A stretch of DNA of 64,000 bases. It comes from Candidatus Eiseniibacteriota bacterium (lineage in GTDB: Bacteria; Eisenbacteria; RBG-16-71-46). Location of the stretch: NCBI GenBank assembly GCA_963776245.1, contig CAVZLN010000006.1, forward strand, positions 544,001 through 608,000, written 5' to 3'. The notes beneath the pieces were generated by a model, which saw only the letters and a program-made list of their open reading frames with translations, made no database searches and was not told the DNA's origin. This document shows positions 39,654 to 48,356 of the stretch, piece by piece. Numbering within the stretch: the stretch's first letter is position 1; every line of letters begins with the position of its first letter. Both the position numbers and the translations under genes were made by a program.

Positions 39654-41249
39654 ATGCACACCCATTCGATGACACGCGCGGCGTGGGGAATCGTGGCCGT
39701 GCTGGTTCTCCTGGCTCCCGATGGCGCACGCGCCCAGAGCAGCACCAACTTCAAGCTCTCGCCGGGAGTGCTCGGCGCGGGCAAGAGCACGAGTTCGACC
39801 AATTTCGGTCTCAGTGCCGACGGGGGCGGAGGGCGCGGTCGCGCGCGCTCCTCGAGCGCCAACTTCGACGTGATCGGCGGTTTCGTCGGCGGCGCGTTCT
39901 CGTCGCAGGCGACCGTCGTCGTCAACACGCTCGCGAGCACGTTCCAGTCGATGACATTCCCAGTCTACGCGAGCAACAATACGGTTGGCTCGGTGCTCGC
40001 CGAGTTCGGCTCGTACGACGCGGCGAACTGGCGACTCGGGCACTGGTCGCCCACGGACTCCGCGTACATGGAGCCGGGCGGGGCAGGCGGTCTCAACCTG
40101 ACCGCCTTCGCCCGCGGGCAGGGCTACTGGCTCATCACCAAGGGTGCGGCGGTCGGAGCCGATGTGGGGCTTCCCGCGCCGCCCACGTCGTTCAGCCTCA
40201 CGCTGGCGGGTGGTCCCGGCACCCCCGCACGTCCGGCCTGGAACCAGCTCGGGAATCCATTCTTGTTCCCGGTCCCGGTGAGCGCCCTGCTGGTGACGGA
40301 CGGGGTGACCACCACCACGCTCACGGCGATCGGCAACACGTTCACCGAGCAGGTGGTGAAGATCTGGAACGGCACCGCCTACGCGGATGCCACCACCATC
40401 AACGGTCGCACGGCCTTCTGGGTGAAGAAGAAGGTGGCCGGCACGGTGACGCTGGTGGTCCCGTACGTCGCGAGCGCCACGGGTTCCGCGGTGCCCGCGC
40501 TGGCGAAGCCGCCGGCCGCCGACTGGGCGCTCGCGGTCACATCGCACCAGGGCTCGAGGATCAGCGAGCCCATGCGGGTGGGCGCGGCCGCGCTCGGCAC
40601 CGGCCCGTGGAATCCGCTCAACCTCTCGCGCGCTCCCGCACCGCCGGGTGGCGCGTATCTCAGCCTGCATCTGCCGAAGGCGGACTGGGGCGAGCTGAGC
40701 GGGGACTATGTCAGCGAGTTCCTGCCGCAGGCCGAGCGCATGAGCTGGGAATTCGAGGCCACCGGCGCCGAGTCTCCCGGCGAGTTCGCGCTCGAGTTCA
40801 CCGGGTTCGACGTGCCGGCGAGCACCCACTTCTGGCTCACCGACGTCGCGAACGGCACTACGCGCGAGGTCGCTCCGGGGCAGACCGTGACGCTGGTCGC
40901 CACTCCCGCGCCGCGCCGCTTCCAGTTGGAGGCGACCGGCGGGAACACCCCGGGCCCACAGGCGTCCATCACGACCGATGCGCTCCGCTTCGCCTACCCC
41001 AATCCATTCCGGAACAGCACCGGGCTCGCGTTCGCGCTCGCCCGGGCCGGCGACATCAAGGTCGAGATCTTCGACGTCATGGGTCGGCGCGTGCGCGGGA
41101 TCGAGCGCCCGGGCGCGGAGCCGGGCGAGCACGTGCTGGTGTGGGACGGACGCGACGGTGAGGCCCATGCGGTCGCGGACGGCATCTACTTCGCGCGCTA
41201 TCGGGCAGGTACGGCGTCCGGCGTGCGACGGCTGATCAAGGTCGAATGA
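39654..41249 (+). CDS. Secreted protein with an FlgD-Ig/T9SS-like CTD
   Basis: RBS GGAGGAG; signal peptide ARA/Q; GQGYW, WNQLGNPF; CTD YPNPF...FDVMGRRVR...WDGRD...GIYFARY. Confidence 0.85.
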   Translation: MHTHSMTRAAWGIVAVLVLLAPDGARAQSSTNFKLSPGVLGAGKSTSSTNFGLSADGGGGRGRARSSSANFDVIGGFVGGAFSSQATVVVNTLASTFQSMTFPVYASNNTVGSVLAEFGSYDAANWRLGHWSPTDSAYMEPGGAGGLNLTAFARGQGYWLITKGAAVGADVGLPAPPTSFSLTLAGGPGTPARPAWNQLGNPFLFPVPVSALLVTDGVTTTTLTAIGNTFTEQVVKIWNGTAYADATTINGRTAFWVKKKVAGTVTLVVPYVASATGSAVPALAKPPAADWALAVTSHQGSRISEPMRVGAAALGTGPWNPLNLSRAPAPPGGAYLSLHLPKADWGELSGDYVSEFLPQAERMSWEFEATGAESPGEFALEFTGFDVPASTHFWLTDVANGTTREVAPGQTVTLVATPAPRRFQLEATGGNTPGPQASITTDALRFAYPNPFRNSTGLAFALARAGDIKVEIFDVMGRRVRGIERPGAEPGEHVLVWDGRDGEAHAVADGIYFARYRAGTASGVRRLIKVE

Positions 41250-41313
41250 TCCCGTGAGCCTCGCCGGCCCGGGTCACGAGGGACCCGGACCGGTTCAGGC
41301 GATCGGTCACCAC

Positions 41314-41339
41314 CGCGGCCACCCTTCGGGGTGGCCGCG
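41314..41339. terminator. cUUCGg-loop hairpin downstream of the CTD gene
   Basis: CGCGGCCACCC-TTCG-GGGTGGCCGCG perfect 11-bp stem. Confidence 0.55.
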
Positions 41340-41663
41340 CGTGTCGGTGCCCGTTCGGACCTGAGCATGACCGACCGGCCGCCAGCCGCGGGTGTCTGAG
41401 GCACTCGCTTCGATCGGGCTTCTCGTGTGCGCCCGCCCGGCCGACGTGATATCGTCCGCGTCCGCGACAGGCCCCTCTCGTCCGTGGCACTGGCATTGGG
41501 CCCACTTCGGTGGGCGCGCCGCCATCCCGCGTCGATCGGGGCGGCCTCCCCGCCATGGTCGCGGCGCTGACGTTCGAGCGCATGCTGATCCGGCCGCCGA
41601 TCCGTAGTCCCTCCTCGTCCTGGCCGCAACCTGCGACGACCGCAGCCCACATGAAGGTCACCC

Positions 41664-43400
41664 ATGTTCGCCAGACGATCCGCTGAGATCGGCGCGGGGT
41701 TGCTCTCCGTCATGTTCCTGCTGCCGCGCCCCGCGGCCGCGGACTGGCCGGCCGATCCACTCGTGAACGTGCCGCTGTGCACCGCTGCCGGGGACCAGGG
41801 CGTACCGGCGGCCGTTCCGGACGGCGCGGGCGGGGCCATCGTCGCGTGGCCGGATGCCCGCGGCGGCGCGGCCAACGCGGACATCCATGTCCAGCGTGTG
41901 GATGCCGCTGGCGCGCCGCGATGGATAGCCGACGGCGTGGCCCTGTGCACCGCGCCGGGGATCCAGGGTCCCCTCGCGATGGTCTCGGATGGCGCGGGTG
42001 GCGCGATCGTCGCATGGCAGGACGCCCGTGGCGGCACGGGCACCGACATCTACGCCCAGCGCGTGGATGCCACCGGCGCGCCGCGATGGACCACCGACGG
42101 CGTGGCCCTGTGCACCGCGGTGGGGATCCAGGGCCCCCTCGCCATCGTCGCGGACGGCGCGGGCGGTGCCATCGTCGCGTGGGCGGACGCGCGCGGCGGC
42201 GCGGGATTCGACGTCTACGCCCAGGCGGTGACCGCGGCCGGGGCCCCGCGCTGGGCCCCGAACGGGGTGGCCCTTTGCACCGCGGCGGGGGACCAGAACG
42301 CGCCGGTGATCGTGGCGGATGGAGCGGATCCCGGCGGGACAGGATCCGGCGCGATCGTCAGCTGGCAGGACAATCGCAATTTCACCACCGGCTACGACAT
42401 CTACGCGCGGCGCGTGGACGCGGCCGGGGTCGCGCAGTGGAGCGCGGACGGCGTGGTCGTGTGCGCGGCGGCCGGCAAACAGGACTCCCCCGCGATCGTC
42501 CCGGATGGCGCCGGCGGCGCGGACATCGCCTGGACCGATCAGCGCAGCACGAGCGCCGACATCTACGCTCAGCGCGTGGACGCGTCCGGCGGGCCGCAGT
42601 GGGCCGCCGACGGCGTGGCCCTGTGCGCCGCGGCGGGCAGCCAGGGGTTCGTCGCGCTCGTCTCGGACAGCGCCGGCGGCGCCATCGCCGTGTGGCAGGA
42701 CGGGCGCAGCGGGTACGACGTGTACGCCCAGCGGGTGAGCGCGGCCGGGGCGGTGCTATGGGCCGCGGGTGGAGTGGCCGTGTGCGTCGCCACCGGCTGG
42801 CAGTACTCCCCCGCGATCGTCGCCGACGGCGCGGGCGGCGCCATCGTCGCCTGGGAGGACGGCCGAGTCACGTTCTTCGACATCTACGCGCAGCGGCTGG
42901 GCGCCGATGGAGCGCCCCAGTGGGCCTCGGACGGCGTCGCCCTGTGCACCAGCGCCGGAAGCCAGGTGTCCCCCGCGATCGTCGCCGACGGCGGCTCACC
43001 CACCGCGGGTGGGTTCGGCGCCATCGTCCTGTGGCAGGACAATCGCAACGGCTCGTACGACGTGTACGCCCAGCGAGTGCGGGCGAACGGCCTGCCGGGC
43101 GGTCTGGTGGAAGTCCCGCGCGCGGACGTGGTCGCGTTCTCGCTCGCTCCGGTGCGCCCGAACCCCGCTCGCGGAGGCGCGCTGACCGTGGACTTCTCGC
43201 TCGCGAGCCCGGCGGCCGCCTCGCTCGAGCTGCTCGACGTCGCGGGGCGGCGCGTCGCGGTGCGCGACGTGGGCGCGCTCGGCGCCGGCCGTCATGCGGT
43301 CCGCCTCGGGGAGGACCGCCATCTTCCGCCGGGGATCTACCTGGTGTGCCTGCGACAGGGCACGGGCGTGCGAGTGACGCGCGCGATCGTGCTCCCCTAG
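41664..43400 (+). CDS. Secreted 8-repeat beta-propeller-like protein with a T9SS-like CTD
   Basis: Eight ~55-aa repeats GVALC.A.G.Q..P.IV.DGAGGAIVAW.D.R...DIYAQRV; C-terminal RPNP...LDVAGRRV...PPGIYLV. Confidence 0.85.
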   Translation: MFARRSAEIGAGLLSVMFLLPRPAAADWPADPLVNVPLCTAAGDQGVPAAVPDGAGGAIVAWPDARGGAANADIHVQRVDAAGAPRWIADGVALCTAPGIQGPLAMVSDGAGGAIVAWQDARGGTGTDIYAQRVDATGAPRWTTDGVALCTAVGIQGPLAIVADGAGGAIVAWADARGGAGFDVYAQAVTAAGAPRWAPNGVALCTAAGDQNAPVIVADGADPGGTGSGAIVSWQDNRNFTTGYDIYARRVDAAGVAQWSADGVVVCAAAGKQDSPAIVPDGAGGADIAWTDQRSTSADIYAQRVDASGGPQWAADGVALCAAAGSQGFVALVSDSAGGAIAVWQDGRSGYDVYAQRVSAAGAVLWAAGGVAVCVATGWQYSPAIVADGAGGAIVAWEDGRVTFFDIYAQRLGADGAPQWASDGVALCTSAGSQVSPAIVADGGSPTAGGFGAIVLWQDNRNGSYDVYAQRVRANGLPGGLVEVPRADVVAFSLAPVRPNPARGGALTVDFSLASPAAASLELLDVAGRRVAVRDVGALGAGRHAVRLGEDRHLPPGIYLVCLRQGTGVRVTRAIVLP

Positions 43401-43540
43401 CTCCGCGGCCCCGGCTCCCGGCCGGGGAGGGGCGCGGGATTCCTCGTGACCCGATCGGCCGAAGCCAGTTAGGATGCGCCCTCGGTGATCGGCTCGCCGA
43501 TCCCTCGAGACACCGGCCCAACCCCTGCTGGGAGGATAAC

Positions 43541-44137
43541 GTGGCGAATTCCTACATCGCCCTGCGCGATCGCCGGCTGTCGGGCGGAGTACCCGCCCGG
43601 CCGCGCCTGTCCATCATCAACAGCGACGCCTTGATACCTCTTCAGACCCTGTTCAAGCAGATCAACGCGGTGGCCAGGGCGACCCGGACGGTCCACAGCA
43701 TGTTCATCCTCTGCCATGGATACGCGGGCTCGGACCGGCGGGCGCAGGTGAGCGTGGATGCGGGCGGCATGGGGCTCCAGCTCGGGCGCGAGAACCTGAT
43801 GCACAGCAACGTCGCTCTGTGGACCGCGATCAGGAACAAGGTGCAGAACATCGTGGTCTACTCGTGCGCGGCGTCGGACACCCAGCCCGGCAACGAGGGC
43901 ACGACGGCGGACGGGCGGTACCTGATGGGCGCCCTGGCGATCCACACCAACGCCCACGTGTACGCGGCGGACCGGATCCAGTGGTACTTCAAGCTCAACG
44001 GGCTGGCCAACGGCCGCTACGACTTCGGCGCCTGGGAAGGGCAGCTCTGGCGCTTCCCTCCGGGCGGCAGTCCTCCCACGAGAGTGGCGGCGCCACCGGT
44101 CGAGTTCGCGGACGTGATGGGCGGCAGCGCCCCCTGA
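43541..44137 (+). CDS. Hypothetical protein, DUF4347/clan CD peptidase-like
   Basis: RBS GGAGG plus GTG; FILCHG...GLQLG...IVVYSC...LA......VYA pattern. Confidence 0.65.
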   Translation: MANSYIALRDRRLSGGVPARPRLSIINSDALIPLQTLFKQINAVARATRTVHSMFILCHGYAGSDRRAQVSVDAGGMGLQLGRENLMHSNVALWTAIRNKVQNIVVYSCAASDTQPGNEGTTADGRYLMGALAIHTNAHVYAADRIQWYFKLNGLANGRYDFGAWEGQLWRFPPGGSPPTRVAAPPVEFADVMGGSAP

Positions 44138-44162
44138 GCGGCGGGCGCTCCGCCCGGGGCGC

Positions 44163-45908
44163 TCACGGCACGGTCGCCGCTGAGTCCCTGACGCCGTCCG
44201 TGCGCCCGGCCGGGGGCTCGGCGAGCAGTTCCTCGATGCGTCGCGCGGCCCGCTCCAGCCCGGGCTCGAGCGCCCCGCCCGCCCGCGCCTGCTGAAGGGC
44301 GCGCCGCGCCGCGGCGGGATCCCCGCTCGCGGCCCACGCCTCGGCCGCGAGCAGCGCGCGCCGCGGGTTCCGGTTGAGTTCGAACGCACGGTCGAAGTAC
44401 TCGGCGCCGGCGCGCGTCTGGCCGTGATCCATCGCCCGCTGTCCGAGGAACAGGAACGCATGGCTCACCTGGGAGCCCGGCATGTGCGGGGGCTGGCTCG
44501 CGACCGCGATCGCGCGGCGCGCCGCCGCCGGCTCGCTGGCCTGGACCGCGACGAATCCCAGCGACACCAGCGCGAGCACGGGCAGGGTCCAGGCGATGCG
44601 CGCGGTCAGCGCGGCGGCGGGCAGCGTCGCCGCCAGTGCGCCGGCCGTCACCGTGAGCGTGATGGCGAGGATCACGTTCGAGTCCCAGTCGCGCTGCGCG
44701 CCGAGGCCGCTGCCTCCGACCGGAAAGACCCAGACGAGCGCCAGCAGCAGCGGGATCGCGGCGGACATCCCGAGTCCGAAGACCGGCCGGCGGAAGATCG
44801 CCGATCGCGCCGGCGCGCCGGCGAAGAACGGGAGGATCACCGCCCATGGCGCGAGCAGCACCAGCGTGTTGATCCAGTCCGTGGGCGCCACGTAGCGGAA
44901 TCCCTGGCTGCGCAGGGTGTACGCCATCTCGCGCAGATCGGTCAGGCTCCGCTGTCCGGCGGGCGTCAGGCCGAGCATCGCGGCCCCCAGCGCCGCCAGC
45001 GCGAGCGTGATGCCGAGCAGCAGGCGCCGCGCTCCGGGACGATCGCCCTCCCAGGCCGGGCCGAGCGCGCGCCACAGCATGGGCAGCACCAGCACTGCTC
45101 CCATGCGATGACTGAGGACCACCACCAGCCACGCCGCCGCGAGCCGCAGCGCCTGCCGGGTGCCCGAGAGCGGCGCGAGGGCCTCGGCCCACCACCAAGC
45201 GGTGGCGGCCGCCAGCAGCCCGGCCGACTCGGCGTACCCCGCGAAGGCCTCGAGCACGCCGGTGAGCCCCAGGGCGAGCGCGATCGGCAGGCGCGATCCG
45301 GGGGTCACGCCCAGTCGCGCCGTGATCCGCCACAGTCCCGCGAAGTAGAGCAGCGCGAGCGCGGCGCACACCGCCGAGACCGCGTCGCGAAGTGTGCAGC
45401 CCGCGCGCTGCAGGGCGGCCGGCGCCATCAAGTTGACCACGATGTCGAGGGGGTTCGCGTGGAGGCGGTTCGCCCATTCGCCGAAGGGCGTCTCGACCAT
45501 CCCGGCCTCGAAGGCCGACATGGCGCGCAGCCGCAGTTGCGTGTCCCCGAGGAAGTGGATGCTCTCGCGCAGCGGAAAGGCCACGATCACCGCGACCGCC
45601 AGCGCCGCGAGCATCGCCCACCCGCGGCCGCCGCGCGACGCGAACGCGGCCAGCGCGGTGGCCGCCGCCGCTACCGCCAGCACCAGCGCCCCTGGCCAGG
45701 GCAGCGAGCGCAGGCCATTCACTCCCCAGAAGTAGTTGGAAGCCGGAGGAGCCGCGACCAGCAGCAGGAGCATCACGGCGAGCGCGGCGGCAAGCGCGGG
45801 CGGAGGCGCGCCCGGGGTGGCCGGCGCGCGCCGGGCCCGGCCGCTCGCGGCGCTATCGGGCGAGGCCATCCGCGCCCGGCCCGGGCGCGGCGAACGTGGC
45901 TTGCTCAA
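44163..45908 (-). CDS. Polytopic membrane protein with C-terminal TPR-like helices (possibly GT-C-like)
   Basis: RBS GAGGAGG plus TTG; many TM segments; HFLGD loop, YAE and RDWD motifs; AEYFDRAFELN. Confidence 0.65.
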   Translation of the reverse strand: MSKPRSPRPGRARMASPDSAASGRARRAPATPGAPPPALAAALAVMLLLLVAAPPASNYFWGVNGLRSLPWPGALVLAVAAAATALAAFASRGGRGWAMLAALAVAVIVAFPLRESIHFLGDTQLRLRAMSAFEAGMVETPFGEWANRLHANPLDIVVNLMAPAALQRAGCTLRDAVSAVCAALALLYFAGLWRITARLGVTPGSRLPIALALGLTGVLEAFAGYAESAGLLAAATAWWWAEALAPLSGTRQALRLAAAWLVVVLSHRMGAVLVLPMLWRALGPAWEGDRPGARRLLLGITLALAALGAAMLGLTPAGQRSLTDLREMAYTLRSQGFRYVAPTDWINTLVLLAPWAVILPFFAGAPARSAIFRRPVFGLGMSAAIPLLLALVWVFPVGGSGLGAQRDWDSNVILAITLTVTAGALAATLPAAALTARIAWTLPVLALVSLGFVAVQASEPAAARRAIAVASQPPHMPGSQVSHAFLFLGQRAMDHGQTRAGAEYFDRAFELNRNPRRALLAAEAWAASGDPAAARRALQQARAGGALEPGLERAARRIEELLAEPPAGRTDGVRDSAATVP

Positions 45909-45970
45909 TGGACCTCCTCACCGCTCTCGGAAGGACTTGGAACCGATACGAGCGTGCGCCTCGCGCGTCC

Positions 45971-46879
45971 TCATCCCCGCCGCGGTTCCCCACCCATCAT
46001 CAGGCGGATCAGTTCGCCCGCCACGACGTACTTGACCCCGATCGCCACCCGCACCACCGCTACCCTGTCCCGCCCGCGCTTCAGCCGTGCGTCCGCGAGG
46101 ATCCGCCCGTAGAACCCGACCGCGGGCGTCAGTGCCCTCGCCAGATCGATCGCCCGGCGCATCGCGCTCGCGCCGCCCAGCGACTTGAGACGGTAGGTCC
46201 CTCCCGCCAGCCGGACCGCCTGACGGTAGGTGTCCTCCAGCGCGTGCCGGGCCGGGTGCGCGACGCGCGCGTCGTCCGCGTAGAGCTGCGCCAGGCCGCG
46301 CTCGGACACGCGCCGGCCCCACTCGAGGTCACCGCCGGACATCAACCGGCCGTCGAACGGGCCGATCGCTTCGAACACCCGCTTGAACGCGAAGAGATTG
46401 GCGGTGGCCCCGAACCGCCGCTCCGCGACGTTGCGGTCCTGGTGGAAGTTCATCACGACGAGGTCGTAGAGCTCCGAGGCCGTGGGGCGGAGCGGATCGC
46501 GGAACACCAGCTCGACGCGCCCGGCCACCAACCCGCACCCCGGCTGTCGGAGGAGGTGCTCGACCCCCTTCTCGATCCAATCCCGCGCCGGGACGCAGTC
46601 CGAATCGGTGAAGGCGAGCACCTCCCCGCGGGCGGCGGCGATCCCGAGGTTGCGCGCGGCGTATGAGCCGGGCTGGCGCTCGTGCAGCAGGCGGGCCCGC
46701 GGTGAGGCGGCGACCGCGGGCCGGAGGTCCTCGCGCGAACCATTGTCCACGACGATGACTTCATGCAGGTCGGTGGGATAGGTCTGCTCCGCGAGTCCCG
46801 CGAGACATCGCTCGAGCCCGTCGAGGTTATCGAGCACCGGGATGATGACCGAGACGAATGGCCTCGCGGAGCCGCTCAC
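45971..46879 (-). CDS. Glycosyltransferase family 2
   Basis: VSVIIPV, VVDNGS, GSYAARNLG, AFTDSDC. Confidence 0.93.
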   Translation of the reverse strand: MSGSARPFVSVIIPVLDNLDGLERCLAGLAEQTYPTDLHEVIVVDNGSREDLRPAVAASPRARLLHERQPGSYAARNLGIAAARGEVLAFTDSDCVPARDWIEKGVEHLLRQPGCGLVAGRVELVFRDPLRPTASELYDLVVMNFHQDRNVAERRFGATANLFAFKRVFEAIGPFDGRLMSGGDLEWGRRVSERGLAQLYADDARVAHPARHALEDTYRQAVRLAGGTYRLKSLGGASAMRRAIDLARALTPAVGFYGRILADARLKRGRDRVAVVRVAIGVKYVVAGELIRLMMGGEPRRG

Positions 46880-46936
46880 CGCTCGCCTCCTGCGCGGGCG
46901 ATGGTCACCACCGCGGCCATGGGGACGCCACCCGGC

Positions 46937-48178
46937 TCACGCGGGGCGATCATTCAGGAGATCCTCGAAGAGGGTGACCAGCCGGTCGTTCAGCACTCCG
47001 ATGTCGAAGTGCTCGACCACCTGTCGCCGCCCGGCGCGCCCCATGGCCTGCCAGCCATCGGGATGGTCGATGAGTTGTTCCAGCGCCCGGGCCAGCGCGT
47101 CCACGTCGCGTTCAGGCACCAGACGGCCCGAGACCCCGTCGACCACCAGTTCGGGGATGCCGCTGTGGAACGTGCTCACCACCGGCAGTCCGGTCGCCAT
47201 GGCTTCCATCAGGGAGACCGGGATGCCCTCCTGATCGCCGTCCGCGCTGGTGACGCTCGGCGCCACGACGAGATGCGAGCGACCGAGCGCCGCGCGCACG
47301 CCATCCTGATCCTGCGGCCCGAGCAGGCGGACCCGTTCGGACAGCCGCAGGCGCTGGATGAGCTCGGCGAGATTCCCGCGCAGGGGCCCGTCTCCGATGA
47401 TGTCGTAGTGGACGTCGCGCCCGCGCTCGACCAGCCTCGCCACCGCGCGGATTCCGAACTCCACGCCCTTCTTCTCCACCAGCCGGCTGATGGTGAGCAG
47501 CCGCACCGGGCACCCGGGCTCCAGGCGCCGTTCGACCAGCGCGAGACGCTCGGAATCGATCCCCATGCGGTGCACGAGGGTGCGCCGCTCGGGACAGCCG
47601 AGTGCCAGCAGCCGGTTCCGCCAGTGCGCGCTGATGGGGAGGAACAGGTCCCCCTTCTCGAACAGGTCGCGGTACACGTCCTCGCCCGAGATCTTGAGCT
47701 GCCACGAGAGGTCGGCGCCGTGGAACACGGTCACCAGCCGGCCGCGGAGGGCCCCGATCTCCCGGAGCGCCGAGGCATGACGCCCGTTCCAGCCGAAGTG
47801 ACAGTAGATGATGTCGTAGGTGCCCCGCGGAGCGAATCCCGACGCCCAGAACAGCAGGTTGAGCGAGGAGGCGGCGCGGCCATAGCGGCCCCAGTCGAGC
47901 GACCGCATCAGCATGGGAAGCGCGCCCGGGTGCCGGGCCAGCAGGCCCACTCCCTTCGCGGCACGCAGCGCGTGATTCCGCGGCAGGGCCGGGAAGTAGC
48001 GCGTCCGGTCCATCAGGTGGTGACGGTCGACGTCGGGATGTACGAGGGATGGCCCGCTCGGCCGCCTGGCGTGGATGTGCACCTCGTGTCCGCGATCGAG
48101 CAGACCCGTGATCTGATTCAGGATGAACGTCTCCGAGAGGATCGGGAAGGGATCCGTCAGGAAGAAGGCGATCCTCAT
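46937..48178 (-). CDS. Glycosyltransferase family 4, WcaL-like
   Basis: FPILSETFILNQI, HFG, FHGADLS, RLVEKKG, EGIPVSLMEAMA.G. Confidence 0.92.
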   Translation of the reverse strand: MRIAFFLTDPFPILSETFILNQITGLLDRGHEVHIHARRPSGPSLVHPDVDRHHLMDRTRYFPALPRNHALRAAKGVGLLARHPGALPMLMRSLDWGRYGRAASSLNLLFWASGFAPRGTYDIIYCHFGWNGRHASALREIGALRGRLVTVFHGADLSWQLKISGEDVYRDLFEKGDLFLPISAHWRNRLLALGCPERRTLVHRMGIDSERLALVERRLEPGCPVRLLTISRLVEKKGVEFGIRAVARLVERGRDVHYDIIGDGPLRGNLAELIQRLRLSERVRLLGPQDQDGVRAALGRSHLVVAPSVTSADGDQEGIPVSLMEAMATGLPVVSTFHSGIPELVVDGVSGRLVPERDVDALARALEQLIDHPDGWQAMGRAGRRQVVEHFDIGVLNDRLVTLFEDLLNDRPA

Positions 48179-48247
48179 CGCGAGGTTCTGGCGCTCATGG
48201 ACGGATCCCTTCGGGTGCGCGGGGACGGGCGGGTGATCGCGTCGTCC

Positions 48248-48304
48248 AGACTACCAAATCACTCGCGGCGCCGCCCCACCTCCCGGGCGGGTGGATGCTA
48301 GACT
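48248..48304. promoter_or_regulatory. Back-to-back putative extended -10 elements
   Basis: Minus TGGTAGTCT (48248-48256) facing the GT4 gene; plus TGCTAGACT (48296-48304) facing uup. Confidence 0.4.
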
Positions 48305-48356
48305 GGGCGCCTCGTTCCCACCCCCATCCCCGACCCCGCGCGAGACCTTCGGATCC

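Noticed and set aside
41485..41500. TGGCAC-N5-TTGG sigma54-like site
   Set aside because: The -12 element reads GG rather than the near-invariant GC.
41760..43090. DNA repeats as a CRISPR array or DGR template/variable repeats
   Set aside because: They are in-frame coding repeats; no cas or reverse transcriptase gene is in the window.
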